The position numbers and the translations under genes are program-made. The notes below the pieces were generated by a model. That model made no database searches. It worked only from the letters and a program-made list of their open reading frames with translations, and was not told where the DNA came from. Below, piece after piece: positions 26,011 to 35,638 of a DNA stretch of 41,080 nt. How positions within the stretch are numbered: position 1 is the stretch's first letter; every line of letters begins with the position of its first letter. Origin of the DNA: Thermodesulfobacteriota bacterium (GTDB lineage: Bacteria; Desulfobacterota; Desulfobacteria; Desulfobacterales; Desulfobacteraceae); the NCBI GenBank assembly GCA_034659375.1, contig JAYEHB010000385.1, positions 1 to 41,080 of the forward strand. Reading direction: 5' to 3'.

Positions 26011-27258
26011 ATGAATCTTGAAGAATTGCAGAGAATGAAGATCAGTGAGCTGACCAAGCTTGCCCAAAGGTACAAGCTTAAAGGCATTGGCGGTGTTAAA
26101 AAACAGGAGTTGATATTTGCTCTGCTCCAGATCGCCATTGAAGAAAGTGGTCAGATCTATGGTGAGGGGACTCTGGAGATACTTCCCGATGGTTTTGGAT
26201 TTTTAAGGTCTCCTGATTATAATTATCTTCCAGGGCCGGATGATATTTATGTCTCTCCTTCCCAGATACGAAGATTTAATTTAAGAACAGGTGATACTCT
26301 TTCCGGCCAGGTGAGACAACCAAAAGAGTCGGAACGTTACTTCGCACTTCTCAAGGTTGAGGCTGTTAATTATGAGAATCCTGAGCTTGCTGCCGAGACA
26401 ATTCTTTTTGATAATCTTGTTCCTCTCTATCCTGATCGCAAGATGAATCTGGAATGCGAGGCTGATAATTATTCCACACGTATCATTGATATGATGTCAC
26501 CCATTGGTTTTGGGCAGCGCGGTCTTATTGTTTCTCCTCCAAGATCCGGCAAGACAATGCTGCTGAAAAATATTGCAAACAGTATGATTGCAGCTCATAA
26601 AGATATTGTTCCCATGATTCTGCTTATTGATGAAAGACCTGAGGAAGTGACGGATATGGCTCGTTCAGTGGATGCAGAGGTTATCAGCTCAACTTTTGAC
26701 GAACCTTCTGAAAGACATGTCCAGGTTGCTGAGATGGTTATTGAAAAGGCAAAGAGAATGGTTGAACAGGGCCATGACGTTGTTATCCTTCTGGACAGTA
26801 TAACACGTCTTGCAAGGGCCTATAATTCTGTGATGCCGCCTTCGGGCAAGATACTTTCCGGCGGCGTGGATTCCAATGCTCTTGACCGCCCAAAGAGATT
26901 TTTTGGTGCAGCCAGAAATATTGAAGAGGGTGGAAGTCTTACAATAATAGCCACTGCTCTTATTGAAACTGGAAGCCGTATGGATGAGGTTATTTTTGAA
27001 GAGTTTAAAGGTACCGGCAATATGGAGCTTGTCCTTGACAGGAAATTGGCTAACAGGAGAATTTTTCCTGCCATTGATATGAATAAATCCGGTACAAGAA
27101 AAGAAGAATTGCTAATGGAGCCAATGGCTTTGAATCGTATCTGGATTTTAAGGAAATTGCTTTCAAGTTTAAATTCCATAGACAGTATGTCTTTTTTACT
27201 TGAAAAATTAGAAGGAACAGAGGATAATAAAGCGTTTCTTAATTCAATGAACTCGTAA
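26011..27258 (+). CDS. rho: Transcription termination factor Rho
   Basis: N-terminal [18 protein letters not shown], an RNA-binding domain (GFGFLR), and Walker A PPRSGKT. 415 aa. Confidence 0.95.
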   Translation: MNLEELQRMKISELTKLAQRYKLKGIGGVKKQELIFALLQIAIEESGQIYGEGTLEILPDGFGFLRSPDYNYLPGPDDIYVSPSQIRRFNLRTGDTLSGQVRQPKESERYFALLKVEAVNYENPELAAETILFDNLVPLYPDRKMNLECEADNYSTRIIDMMSPIGFGQRGLIVSPPRSGKTMLLKNIANSMIAAHKDIVPMILLIDERPEEVTDMARSVDAEVISSTFDEPSERHVQVAEMVIEKAKRMVEQGHDVVILLDSITRLARAYNSVMPPSGKILSGGVDSNALDRPKRFFGAARNIEEGGSLTIIATALIETGSRMDEVIFEEFKGTGNMELVLDRKLANRRIFPAIDMNKSGTRKEELLMEPMALNRIWILRKLLSSLNSIDSMSFLLEKLEGTEDNKAFLNSMNS

Positions 27259-27267
27259 GATTAGTAA

Positions 27268-27288
27268 GTATTCGGCTTATAATGTAAA
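27268..27288 (+). repeat. TATTCGGCTTATAATGTAAA short module (third copy)
   Basis: Matches 23149-23170 and the reverse complement of 25191-25213. Contains a TATAAT hexamer about 50 nt upstream of rpmE. Confidence 0.7.
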
Positions 27289-27335
27289 TGTTTGGCCAGT
27301 AAGTTAAAAAAGTAGATAACAAGGAGTTAGAGATA

Positions 27336-27569
27336 ATGAAAAAGGGTATACATCCAGAGTACAAAATTGTTGAAGCAACCTGTGCATGCGGGAGTAAGAT
27401 GATGGTGGGTTCCACAAAAAATGAGGTAAAAGTGGAGATATGCTCAAGCTGTCATCCATTTTTTACAGGTAAGCAGAAATTGGTTGATACTGCTGGAAGA
27501 ATTGATAGGTTTAAAAGAAAATATGCTGGATTTGATGCTGTTAAGGCTGCTGGTAAAAAGAAAATATAG
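27336..27569 (+). CDS. rpmE: 50S ribosomal protein L31 (Cys-containing, type A)
   Basis: [27 protein letters not shown]. Confidence 0.92.
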   Translation: MKKGIHPEYKIVEATCACGSKMMVGSTKNEVKVEICSSCHPFFTGKQKLVDTAGRIDRFKRKYAGFDAVKAAGKKKI

Positions 27570-27642
27570 CTTTTAAATCAGAGGGGAAAAAGGGGGAACC
27601 TGATTTGATAAGTCTGGTTTCCTTTTTGAGTTTTAAAGGATT

Positions 27643-28707
27643 ATGATAAATAAACTGCAAGGCATAAAAGAGCGATTTATAAAGCTTGAACAGCTTCTCA
27701 GTGATCCTGATGTGATCAGTGATCAGGTTAAATATCAGAAGTATATAAAAGAACACGGTGAGCTGAATAAAATTGTTATGGTATTTAATGATTATGAACA
27801 GGTTCTTACCGAGCTTGAAGATTCAAAAGAGCTTTTAAAGGATCAGGATTCTGAGATAAGGGCAATGGCAAAGGACGAGATCGTATCTCTTGAGGGTAAA
27901 AAAGAGGAGCTTGTGTCTGATCTAAAGGTTCTTCTCATGCCAAAGGATCCAAGGGATGATAAAAATGTTATTCTTGAGATAAGAGCTGGTACTGGTGGTG
28001 ATGAGGCTGGTCTGTTTGCTGCTGATCTTTTCAGGATGTATTCAAGGTATGCTGAAACCATGTCATGGAATGTGGAAATTCTTGAGAGCAGCCATGCAGG
28101 TGCAGGCGGTTTTAAAGAGGTTGTATCCATGATCCGGGGCAAGGGTGCTTTTTCTTCTTTTAAGTATGAGAGTGGAACCCATCGTGTGCAAAGGGTGCCT
28201 GAAACTGAGGCCCAGGGCAGGGTACACACTTCAGCAGTCACTGTTGCTGTTCTTCCTGAGGCCCAGGATGTGGAGCTTGATCTAAACCCCAGTGATATTA
28301 AAGTTGATGTTTTCAGGGCCTCGGGCCCGGGAGGTCAGTCTGTTAATACAACAGATTCTGCTGTAAGGTTGACCTATCTGCCAACTGGAGTTGTTGCAAC
28401 CTGCCAGGATGAAAAATCCCAGATAAAAAATAAACTCAAGGCAATGAAGGTTTTAAAGGCTCGTGTTCTTGATGCAATGGTAAGGGAACAGGAAGAGAAG
28501 CGTGCTGCCCAGCGTAAAGGTCAAGTCGGTTCCGGAGACAGGAGCGGCAGGATCAGGACATATAATTTTCCCCAGGGCAGAATGACGGACCACAGGGTCG
28601 GGCTTACCCTTTACAAACTGGACAGTATAATGGAGGGTGATATTCAGGCTATTATTGATGAGTTAAAAACCCACAGTCAGGCCCAGGCATTAAAAGCGGT
28701 TGAGTGA
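27643..28707 (+). CDS. prfA: Peptide chain release factor 1
   Basis: GGQ motif ([16 protein letters not shown]), RF1-type P-x-T region ([14 protein letters not shown]), and prmC immediately downstream. Confidence 0.93.
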   Translation: MINKLQGIKERFIKLEQLLSDPDVISDQVKYQKYIKEHGELNKIVMVFNDYEQVLTELEDSKELLKDQDSEIRAMAKDEIVSLEGKKEELVSDLKVLLMPKDPRDDKNVILEIRAGTGGDEAGLFAADLFRMYSRYAETMSWNVEILESSHAGAGGFKEVVSMIRGKGAFSSFKYESGTHRVQRVPETEAQGRVHTSAVTVAVLPEAQDVELDLNPSDIKVDVFRASGPGGQSVNTTDSAVRLTYLPTGVVATCQDEKSQIKNKLKAMKVLKARVLDAMVREQEEKRAAQRKGQVGSGDRSGRIRTYNFPQGRMTDHRVGLTLYKLDSIMEGDIQAIIDELKTHSQAQALKAVE

Positions 28708-28711
28708 TAAA

Positions 28712-29587
28712 ATGGTTTCTGAGCCTGCTGTTTTACCATGGACAATCCTTAAGGTTTTGTCTTGGAGTGAAGGTTATTTTAATTCCCTTGATATTGACAG
28801 TGCCAGATTAACAGCAGAACTGCTGCTCTGTCATTGTCTTGGGATTAAAAGACTTGATCTCTATCTGCAATATGACCGGCCTTTGCAAAAAAATGAGCTT
28901 GCACTGTATAAGGAGCTGATAAAGCGAAGGGCTAAAAGGGAGCCTGTTGCATACATTACAGGCAGTAAAGGCTTTTTTTTGTCTGAGCTTTTAATAACCC
29001 CGGAGGTTTTGATTCCACGGCCTGATACAGAGACTCTTGTTGAGACAGCTCTTGATCTTTTAAAAAAAGCAGAAAGTAAAAAAGTGCTTGAACTTGGAGT
29101 GGGCTCTGGAGCTGTGATCATCTCCCTTGCCAAGGCTAATGTGAACTGCTCTTATGTTGGTGTTGATATATCTCCTGGTGCTGTTAAAGTTGCAGTTGAA
29201 AATGGGGAAAAAGCGGCTTGTAAAAATGTTGTTTTTGTGGCAGGTTCCTGGTTTTCCTGTTTTAAAAAGATAGAGTTGTTTGATCTTATTGTCTCAAACC
29301 CACCATATATTCCATCCTTAGATATAGATTCTCTTCAGCCCGAAATCAGTGAGTATGAACCAAGACTTGCCCTTGATGGTGGTGAGGACGGGTTGGATTG
29401 TGTCAGGGAGATTATTGAGACTGCATCTTTCTATCTTAAGCCTGGCGGGGTTTTGCTCATGGAGACCGGGTCGGATCAAAAAAATGGAGTTAAAGAGATT
29501 GCAGACAGGGCTCTTGTCTATGACTCTTTGGAGTATGTTAAAGATTATGCCGGCCATGATCGTGTGGCAAAATTAAAAAAGAGGTGA
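28712..29587 (+). CDS. prmC: Release-factor glutamine N5-methyltransferase
   Basis: LELGVGSGAV SAM motif and the NPPY catalytic motif (VSNPPYIP). ATG 28712 is preferred over TTG 28700. Confidence 0.88.
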   Translation: MVSEPAVLPWTILKVLSWSEGYFNSLDIDSARLTAELLLCHCLGIKRLDLYLQYDRPLQKNELALYKELIKRRAKREPVAYITGSKGFFLSELLITPEVLIPRPDTETLVETALDLLKKAESKKVLELGVGSGAVIISLAKANVNCSYVGVDISPGAVKVAVENGEKAACKNVVFVAGSWFSCFKKIELFDLIVSNPPYIPSLDIDSLQPEISEYEPRLALDGGEDGLDCVREIIETASFYLKPGGVLLMETGSDQKNGVKEIADRALVYDSLEYVKDYAGHDRVAKLKKR

Positions 29588-29788
29588 ATTTTTATTCAAT
29601 TGTTCTGTAAAATAAAAAACTATTGCTAATAAAAAGATCCTCTGGTATATAAATGAGGATTTGTTAAAAGTATAATAACTCACATCCCTTGATCTGGAGC
29701 CAGGTGCTTTTTTTTGTTTAAAAAGTTGGTTGCAGAAAAGACAGGGGTGGCGGAAAAACCATTTAAAAAGAGTATGGAGAAGAAAAGT

Positions 29789-30631
29789 ATGGCATACGTT
29801 ACAATTAGAGAGCTTCTTGAAGCAGGAGTTCATTTCGGACATCAGACAAGACGCTGGAACCCAAAGATGAAGAAATATATTTTTGGTGCAAGAAACGGTA
29901 TTTATATTGTGGATCTTCAGCAGACTGTAAAGATGTTTAGAACTGCCTATGATTTTATTGTTGACACTGCATCCCAGGGTAAGAGTGTTCTTTTTGTGGG
30001 TACAAAGAAGCAGGCCCGGGAGAGCATTTATGAAGAGGCCAATCGTGCTGATTCTTTTTATGTTCAGAACAGATGGCTTGGAGGAATGCTCACCAATTTC
30101 CAGACAATCAAGAAAAATATCAACAGATTTGAGTACCTTAATACCATTGAAAATGATGGAACCATAGAGAATTATCCCAAAAAAGAACGTGGCATGATGG
30201 GCAAGGAAAAAGTTAAGCTTGAGAATGATATCGGTGGAATCAGTACAATGAAGTCTCTGCCGGGAGCCATTTTTATTGTTGATCCAAAGAATGAGTCCAT
30301 TGCTGTAAAAGAGGGCAAAAAGCTTGGTATTCCCATTGTGGCAGTAGTTGATACTAATTGTGACCCCGATGATATTGATTATATTATTCCTGGAAATGAT
30401 GATGCCATAAGATCCATTCGTCTTTTTAGTTCAAAGATTGCAGATGCCTGTATAGAAGGCAGGGAACGGTATAAAGAGAGACAGCAGGCCGGGAGTGACA
30501 AAGAGGATATGCCTAAAGAGGCAGCTGCTTCGGGAAGTGTTGAGCGAACTGTTGTTTCTGATGGTTCAGATGGTCCTGTTGTTGAAAAAATCAGAAGAAA
30601 AACAGCTGCTCCTGAAACAGCAGCTGAATAA
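29789..30631 (+). CDS. rpsB: 30S ribosomal protein S2
   Basis: [32 protein letters not shown] lies 8 nt upstream of ATG 29789. The ORF-track start 29714 is an upstream extension. Confidence 0.93.
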   Translation: MAYVTIRELLEAGVHFGHQTRRWNPKMKKYIFGARNGIYIVDLQQTVKMFRTAYDFIVDTASQGKSVLFVGTKKQARESIYEEANRADSFYVQNRWLGGMLTNFQTIKKNINRFEYLNTIENDGTIENYPKKERGMMGKEKVKLENDIGGISTMKSLPGAIFIVDPKNESIAVKEGKKLGIPIVAVVDTNCDPDDIDYIIPGNDDAIRSIRLFSSKIADACIEGRERYKERQQAGSDKEDMPKEAAASGSVERTVVSDGSDGPVVEKIRRKTAAPETAAE

Positions 30632-30648
30632 TATAAGGAGTGTACGCA

Positions 30649-31245
30649 ATGGCTGATATAACAGCAGCAATGGTAAAAGAACTTCGTGACCAGACAGGAT
30701 CTGGAATGATGGATTGTAAAAGAGCTTTAACTGAGACAGATGGTGATATTGCTAAAGCTCTTGATTTTTTGCGGAAAAAGGGTTTGGCAAAGGCCCAGAA
30801 AAGAGCTGGAAGAGCAACCTCTGAGGGTGTTGTTTTCTCATATATTCATGCTGGAGATAAACTTGGTGTTCTTGTTGAGATTAATTGTGAGTCTGATTTT
30901 GTCGCAAAAACAGATGATTTCCGGGAGTATGGTAAAAATATAGCCATGCATATAGCTGCTGCCAATCCTGCAGGGTTGAATTCTGAAGATATCCCCGAAG
31001 AAATTGTGGATAGAGAGAGGGATATCTACCGTTCCATGGCTTTAGAGCAGGGTAAGCCGGAAAATATTGTGGATAAGATTGTTGAAGGTCAGGTTCAGAA
31101 GTTTTTTAAAGATTCATGCCTTTTGAGCCAGGCTTATATTAAAGATCCTAAAAAGAGTATTGCTGATATCACAACCGAGACAATTGCAAAGATCGGTGAA
31201 AATATTCAGATAAAGAAATTTGCACGTTTTCAAATAGGAGAATAA
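30649..31245 (+). CDS. tsf: Elongation factor Ts (short form)
   Basis: ITAAMVKELRDQTGSGMMDCKRAL UBA-like N-terminus. AGGAG upstream of ATG 30649. Confidence 0.92.
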   Translation: MADITAAMVKELRDQTGSGMMDCKRALTETDGDIAKALDFLRKKGLAKAQKRAGRATSEGVVFSYIHAGDKLGVLVEINCESDFVAKTDDFREYGKNIAMHIAAANPAGLNSEDIPEEIVDRERDIYRSMALEQGKPENIVDKIVEGQVQKFFKDSCLLSQAYIKDPKKSIADITTETIAKIGENIQIKKFARFQIGE

Positions 31246-31251
31246 TCCAGG

Positions 31252-31974
31252 ATGAACAGGAGACCTGAATTTGACAGAATTCTGATTAAGCTCAGTGGTG
31301 AAGCTCTTATGGGTGATCAGGGCTTTGGCATAAAACCTGAAATGATCAAATACGTTGCCGGTGAAGTGGCTAAGGTTCATAAATTAGGTGTGCAGGTCTC
31401 CATGGTTGTTGGAGGCGGCAATATTTTTAGGGGCGTGGCAGGCAGTTCTGCCGGTATGGACAGAACTTCTGCCGATAATATGGGGATGCTTGCAACTGTT
31501 ATCAACAGTCTGGCCCTTTCCGATGCTCTGGAAAACCATGGTGTCTCCACACGGGTTCAGTCTGCAATACCAATGAACAAGATTGCAGAGCCTTTTATCC
31601 ATAAAAAGGCTGAAAGGCATATGGAAAAGGGCAGGGCAGTGATCTTTGCTGCAGGAACAGGTAATCCTTATTTTACGACTGATACTGCTGCAGTTCTTCG
31701 GGCCCAGGAGATTCATGCCCAGATCCTGTTTAAGGCAACCCAGGTGGATGGTCTTTATGACAAGGATCCTGTACTCCATGGGGACGCTGTTTTTATAAAG
31801 AGAATTTCATATATGGAAATTCTTGAGAGACAACTCCATGTTATGGATATGACAGCAATATCCCTTGCCATGGATAACAATCTTTCTTTAAGGATTTTTG
31901 ATCTTCATACCTCGGATAATATCTGTAGAGCAGTTTGCGGAGAGGATGTGGGCACAGAAATATATAATAAATAA
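31252..31974 (+). CDS. pyrH: UMP kinase
   Basis: [33 protein letters not shown]. Confidence 0.93.
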   Translation: MNRRPEFDRILIKLSGEALMGDQGFGIKPEMIKYVAGEVAKVHKLGVQVSMVVGGGNIFRGVAGSSAGMDRTSADNMGMLATVINSLALSDALENHGVSTRVQSAIPMNKIAEPFIHKKAERHMEKGRAVIFAAGTGNPYFTTDTAAVLRAQEIHAQILFKATQVDGLYDKDPVLHGDAVFIKRISYMEILERQLHVMDMTAISLAMDNNLSLRIFDLHTSDNICRAVCGEDVGTEIYNK

Positions 31975-31989
31975 AGGGATGCGAAAAAA

Positions 31990-32025
31990 AATAATTACAC
32001 ATTTTGTCTGGGTAATTATTTTATT
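31990..32025 (+). terminator. AT-rich hairpin between pyrH and frr (weak terminator/attenuator candidate)
   Basis: aataattac (31990-31998) pairs with gtaattatt (32012-32020), followed by ttatt. The stem is all A/T apart from one G-C pair, so the call is weak. Confidence 0.25.
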
Positions 32026-32058
32026 CTAACTCCTTAAAATAGCTGAAGGGTGATCAGT

Positions 32059-32616
32059 ATGATTAATGCGGTATATCAGGAAACCAGGGACAAAATGGCC
32101 AAATCAATAGAGTCCCTTGAAAAAGAGATGGTCAGAGTTCGTACAGGACGGGCATCCCTTTCCATGCTTGATGGTGTAAAGGTTGATTATTATGGAACGC
32201 TGACGCCTTTGAAGCAGATGGCATCCATTGCTGTTCCCGAGAGCAGGCTTGTCACTGTCCAGCCCTGGGACGTAACTGTTATCAAGAGTGTTGAAAAAGG
32301 TATTTTAAAAGCTAATCTTGGACTTACTCCTTCAAATGACGGAAAAATTATCAGAATTTCCATTCCTCCCCTTACAGAGGAGAGAAGAAAGGAGATTGTC
32401 AAGAGTGTGAATCATACCTGCGAGGATTACAAGGTTACCATAAGAAACATCAGACGAGATGCCAATGATGATCTTAAATCTTTTCAAAAAGAGGGTGAAA
32501 TTTCTGAAGATGATAACTTTAAAGCCCAAAAGGAAGTGCAGGATATCACAGATGAGCATGTTAAAAAGATAGATGCAGTCTATGCTGTCAAAGAAAAGGA
32601 GATCCTTGAGTTCTAA
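32059..32616 (+). CDS. frr: Ribosome recycling factor
   Basis: MINAVYQETRDKMAKSIESLEKEMVRVRTGRASLSMLD.. Confidence 0.92.
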   Translation: MINAVYQETRDKMAKSIESLEKEMVRVRTGRASLSMLDGVKVDYYGTLTPLKQMASIAVPESRLVTVQPWDVTVIKSVEKGILKANLGLTPSNDGKIIRISIPPLTEERRKEIVKSVNHTCEDYKVTIRNIRRDANDDLKSFQKEGEISEDDNFKAQKEVQDITDEHVKKIDAVYAVKEKEILEF

Positions 32617-32620
32617 TTCT

Positions 32621-33373
32621 GTGAAAAAATATCACCTTGACCCTGACCAACTGCCAGGACATGTTGCCGTGATAATGGACGGTAATGGAAGATGGGCAAA
32701 AAAAAGGTTAATGAACCGTGTAAAGGGTCATGAAAGGGGAACAGAAACAGTCCGCTCAATTGTTGATATCTGTTGTGAGCTTGGGATTGAGTTTCTTACT
32801 CTTTACGCTTTTTCCACGGAAAACTGGTCAAGGCCGGAAAGAGAGATTTCACTGTTGATGAGCCTTTTAAAACGATATGCTAAATCAGAACGTTCTGAGT
32901 TTGTTGAAAAAAATATCCGGCTCAACGTAATCGGTCAAAAGCACAGATTACCTGAAAACGTAAGAAGAGAGCTTGATATAACCATTGACCAGACCAGGAA
33001 TAATAATGGGCTGGTGGTAAATCTTGCTTTAAGCTATGGTGCCAGGGAAGAGATAACAAGGGCTGTAAAAAAACTGGCACAAAAGGTTGAGGCTGGAGAT
33101 ATCCTGTGCAGGGATATCTCTGAAAAGAGCATATGTGATCATCTTTACACAAAAAATATGCCTGATCCTGATATCCTGATACGTACCAGTGGAGAGATGC
33201 GGCTTAGTAATTTTCTTTTGTGGCAGGCTGCATATACTGAGATTTTTATTACAGATACTCTGTGGCCTGATTTTACAAAAAAAGAGTTTGTTAATATTTT
33301 AAGAGAATATCAAACCCGGGACCGCAGGTTTGGAAAGGTTGTATGCACCTCAAACGATGGATCACCGCAATAG
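32621..33373 (+). CDS. uppS: Isoprenyl transferase (undecaprenyl-diphosphate synthase). Start uncertain: GTG 32621, or ATG 32573/32582 overlapping frr.
   Basis: HVAVIMDGNGRWAKKR, FSTENWSRP, and RTSGEMRLSNFLLWQAAYTE. Confidence 0.88.
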   Translation: MKKYHLDPDQLPGHVAVIMDGNGRWAKKRLMNRVKGHERGTETVRSIVDICCELGIEFLTLYAFSTENWSRPEREISLLMSLLKRYAKSERSEFVEKNIRLNVIGQKHRLPENVRRELDITIDQTRNNNGLVVNLALSYGAREEITRAVKKLAQKVEAGDILCRDISEKSICDHLYTKNMPDPDILIRTSGEMRLSNFLLWQAAYTEIFITDTLWPDFTKKEFVNILREYQTRDRRFGKVVCTSNDGSPQ

Positions 33374-34152
33374 TTCTTCTTCCGCTTCTTTTTCTGATTA
33401 TTTTAAAAGGAAGTACCCTGCTCTTTTCAATTCTCATGGCTTTTATTGCCGTTGCTGCCATGACAGAATATTTTTCAATTGTATCGTTCCCTTTATCAGG
33501 TAAAATACCATTAACCATTAAATTTTTTGCCCATGGAGTCGCCCTTGCACTGATAGCAGGTGCCCAGACAGGCTCTATTCAAATTATAGTGGCAGCTCTT
33601 GCCATGAATATCATACTCCTCTCCATGACAGTTATTGCTGATTTTTCCAGGGAAAGTTCCATTCTTGATTCTGTTTCAAAACAGATACAGGGGGTTGTCT
33701 ATATACCTCTGTTTCTCTCTATGTTTGTACTCATAAGAAATTCAGAAAATGGAGCTTTGTGGGTTGTCTGGCTCTGGCTTATTATTGGGGCAGGCGATAC
33801 AGGTGCATTTTATTGTGGTATGAATTTCGGCAAACGAGCCCTTGCTCCAAAGGTCAGTCCCAAAAAAACAGTTGAAGGTGCCATAGGAGGTCTTTTTGCA
33901 GCAGTTCTTGTGGGGATTGTCTTTAGCAGACTGTTTCTGCCGGAAATTTCTCCATGTATGGTGGTTCTTTTTGCCGCAGTGGCAGCTGCAGCAGGACAGA
34001 TTGGCGATCTTTTTGAGTCAGCCCTTAAAAGAGCAGGTAATATAAAGGATTCAGGAAAGATTTTACCTGGGCATGGTGGTATTCTCGATAGAATAGACGG
34101 GCTGCTTTTTGCTGTTCCTGTTGCATATGTTTTTAAGGTCTTTTTGATATGA
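33343..34152 (+). CDS. cdsA: Phosphatidate cytidylyltransferase
   Basis: Multi-transmembrane protein with the C-terminal signature SALKRAGNIKDSGKILPGHGGILDRIDG. Confidence 0.9.
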   Translation: MHLKRWITAIVLLPLLFLIILKGSTLLFSILMAFIAVAAMTEYFSIVSFPLSGKIPLTIKFFAHGVALALIAGAQTGSIQIIVAALAMNIILLSMTVIADFSRESSILDSVSKQIQGVVYIPLFLSMFVLIRNSENGALWVVWLWLIIGAGDTGAFYCGMNFGKRALAPKVSPKKTVEGAIGGLFAAVLVGIVFSRLFLPEISPCMVVLFAAVAAAAGQIGDLFESALKRAGNIKDSGKILPGHGGILDRIDGLLFAVPVAYVFKVFLI

Positions 34153-34283
34153 AATTTTGTCCAATGTACTTTACTGATAGTTGTAACCACGGCCTTGTTT
34201 CCAGGCTGAAGCTTGGGAACGAGGCTTGCGGCAGAGTTTTATCTTTGGTTGTGGCAAAGCGATCCGTCATGGGGGGTATATGA
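34149..34283 (+). other. 44-codon relay mini-ORF filling a 131-bp repeat-derived insertion between cdsA and dxr (ATGA overlaps at both ends)
   Basis: ATG 34149 overlaps the cdsA TGA (34150-34152). The frame is open to TGA 34281-34283, which overlaps the dxr ATG 34280. Flanked by ATATGAAA at 34147-34154 and 34278-34285. Peptide: MKFCPMYFTDSCNHGLVSRLKLGNEACGRVLSLVVAKRSVMGGI. Confidence 0.45.
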
Positions 34284-35446
34284 AAAGATTATCCATTCTT
34301 GGTTCCACAGGCTCCATTGGAAGGAGTACCCTTGAGATTGCTGCAATGCACCCGGAGCTGTTTGATGTTGTGGTACTTGCCGCTGCAAACAGTGTTGACC
34401 TTCTTTCTGAACAGATCCGACAATTTAAGCCTGAACTTGCAGTGGTTATTGATGAGACGCGTGCCGGGGAACTGAAAAAGTTGATAAACGGAACCGGCTT
34501 TGATGGAATTAAAACCAGGATTCTTTTTGGTGACAAGGGGTATGAAGAGGCTGCTTCCTATGGTGGTGCAGATATGGTTCTGCTTGCCATGGTGGGTGCC
34601 GCAGGATTAATGCCGGCTTTAGCAGCAATAGATGCCGGCAGGGAGATCGCACTGGCCAATAAGGAGACCCTTGTCATGGCCGGGGATATTGTCATGTCCC
34701 GGGCAAGGGAAAAAAATGTTAAGATTTTGCCCGTTGACAGTGAGCACAGTGCCATATTTCAGTGCCTTGAGGGGAACAGGCAAAAAGATTTTAAAAAAAT
34801 TTTTCTTACTGCATCGGGTGGTCCTTTTAGAACAAAGAGTATTTCAGAGTTTAAGGATATTCTGCCTGAACATGCTTTAAATCATCCCACATGGAATATG
34901 GGCAGCAAGATAAGTATTGATTCTGCTACCATGATGAACAAGGGGCTTGAGATTATTGAAGCTGTTCATCTTTTTGATATTCCTGTCTCTGCCGTTGAGG
35001 TGCTGGTTCATCCCCAGAGTATAGTACATTCCATGGTGGGGTTTAAAGATGGTATAGTAATGGCCCAGATGGGATTGCCTGATATGAAGGCTGCCATATC
35101 CTATGCTCTTTCCTGGCCAAAGCGGCTGGAGCCTGGCTTGAATTTTCCTGATTTTGCAGCAATGGAGAATCTTGTTTTTGAAAAGCCTGATCATGAAAAA
35201 TTTCCCTCCCTTGGTTTTGCAAAGGAGGCATGCCGCACAGGCGGGACTATGCCTGCTGTTATGAATGCAGCCAATGAGGTTGCCGTTAAAGCTTTTCTTG
35301 AATTAAAAATTGATTTCCCAGCTATTTTTAAATTAATTGAGAAATGTATGGAGCTTCATAATAGCGTTGACTCTCCTGATATTTCAGATATTATTGAGGC
35401 TGATGCATGGGCAAGGAAAACATTAAAATTGAAAATTGAAAATTGA
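34280..35446 (+). CDS. dxr: 1-deoxy-D-xylulose 5-phosphate reductoisomerase
   Basis: MKRLSILGSTGSIGRSTL NADPH motif, LANKE, and DSEHSAIFQCL. Start taken at ATG 34280, not the ORF-track start 34226. Confidence 0.93.
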   Translation: MKRLSILGSTGSIGRSTLEIAAMHPELFDVVVLAAANSVDLLSEQIRQFKPELAVVIDETRAGELKKLINGTGFDGIKTRILFGDKGYEEAASYGGADMVLLAMVGAAGLMPALAAIDAGREIALANKETLVMAGDIVMSRAREKNVKILPVDSEHSAIFQCLEGNRQKDFKKIFLTASGGPFRTKSISEFKDILPEHALNHPTWNMGSKISIDSATMMNKGLEIIEAVHLFDIPVSAVEVLVHPQSIVHSMVGFKDGIVMAQMGLPDMKAAISYALSWPKRLEPGLNFPDFAAMENLVFEKPDHEKFPSLGFAKEACRTGGTMPAVMNAANEVAVKAFLELKIDFPAIFKLIEKCMELHNSVDSPDISDIIEADAWARKTLKLKIEN

Positions 35447-35544
35447 AAATTGAAAATTAGAAATTAGAAATTAGAAATTAGAAATTAGAAATTAGAAATT
35501 AGACATTAGAAATTAGACATTAGACATTAGAAATTAGAAATTAG
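35425..35544 (+). repeat. Heptanucleotide tandem array: 4 x AAAATTG, one 8-nt hybrid unit, then 12 x A(A/C)ATTAG
   Basis: Direct reading. The dxr stop TGA (35444-35446) and its last roughly 7 codons (KLKIEN) lie inside the AAAATTG units. Confidence 0.95.
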
Positions 35545-35638
35545 GAAGATTAAAGTGGCAGGTTCGTGGTTCAATGTTGTTGATCAGGAACCGGCTTTGA
35601 GTCTGTGACCCCAAATTTCAGATTTCAAGGATTATATT

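Noticed and set aside
27570-27642. Rho-independent terminator after rpmE
   Set aside because: Only weak or bulged stems can be drawn: aaatcag..ctgattt, and ggaacc..ggtttcc followed by ttttt. The evidence is not convincing enough to annotate.
28180-28215. RF1 tripeptide reads P-E-T instead of the more familiar P-A-T / P-V-T
   Set aside because: The motif is generally written PxT and the rest of the protein is canonical RF1. I cannot judge rarity without a database, so it is not reported as a finding.
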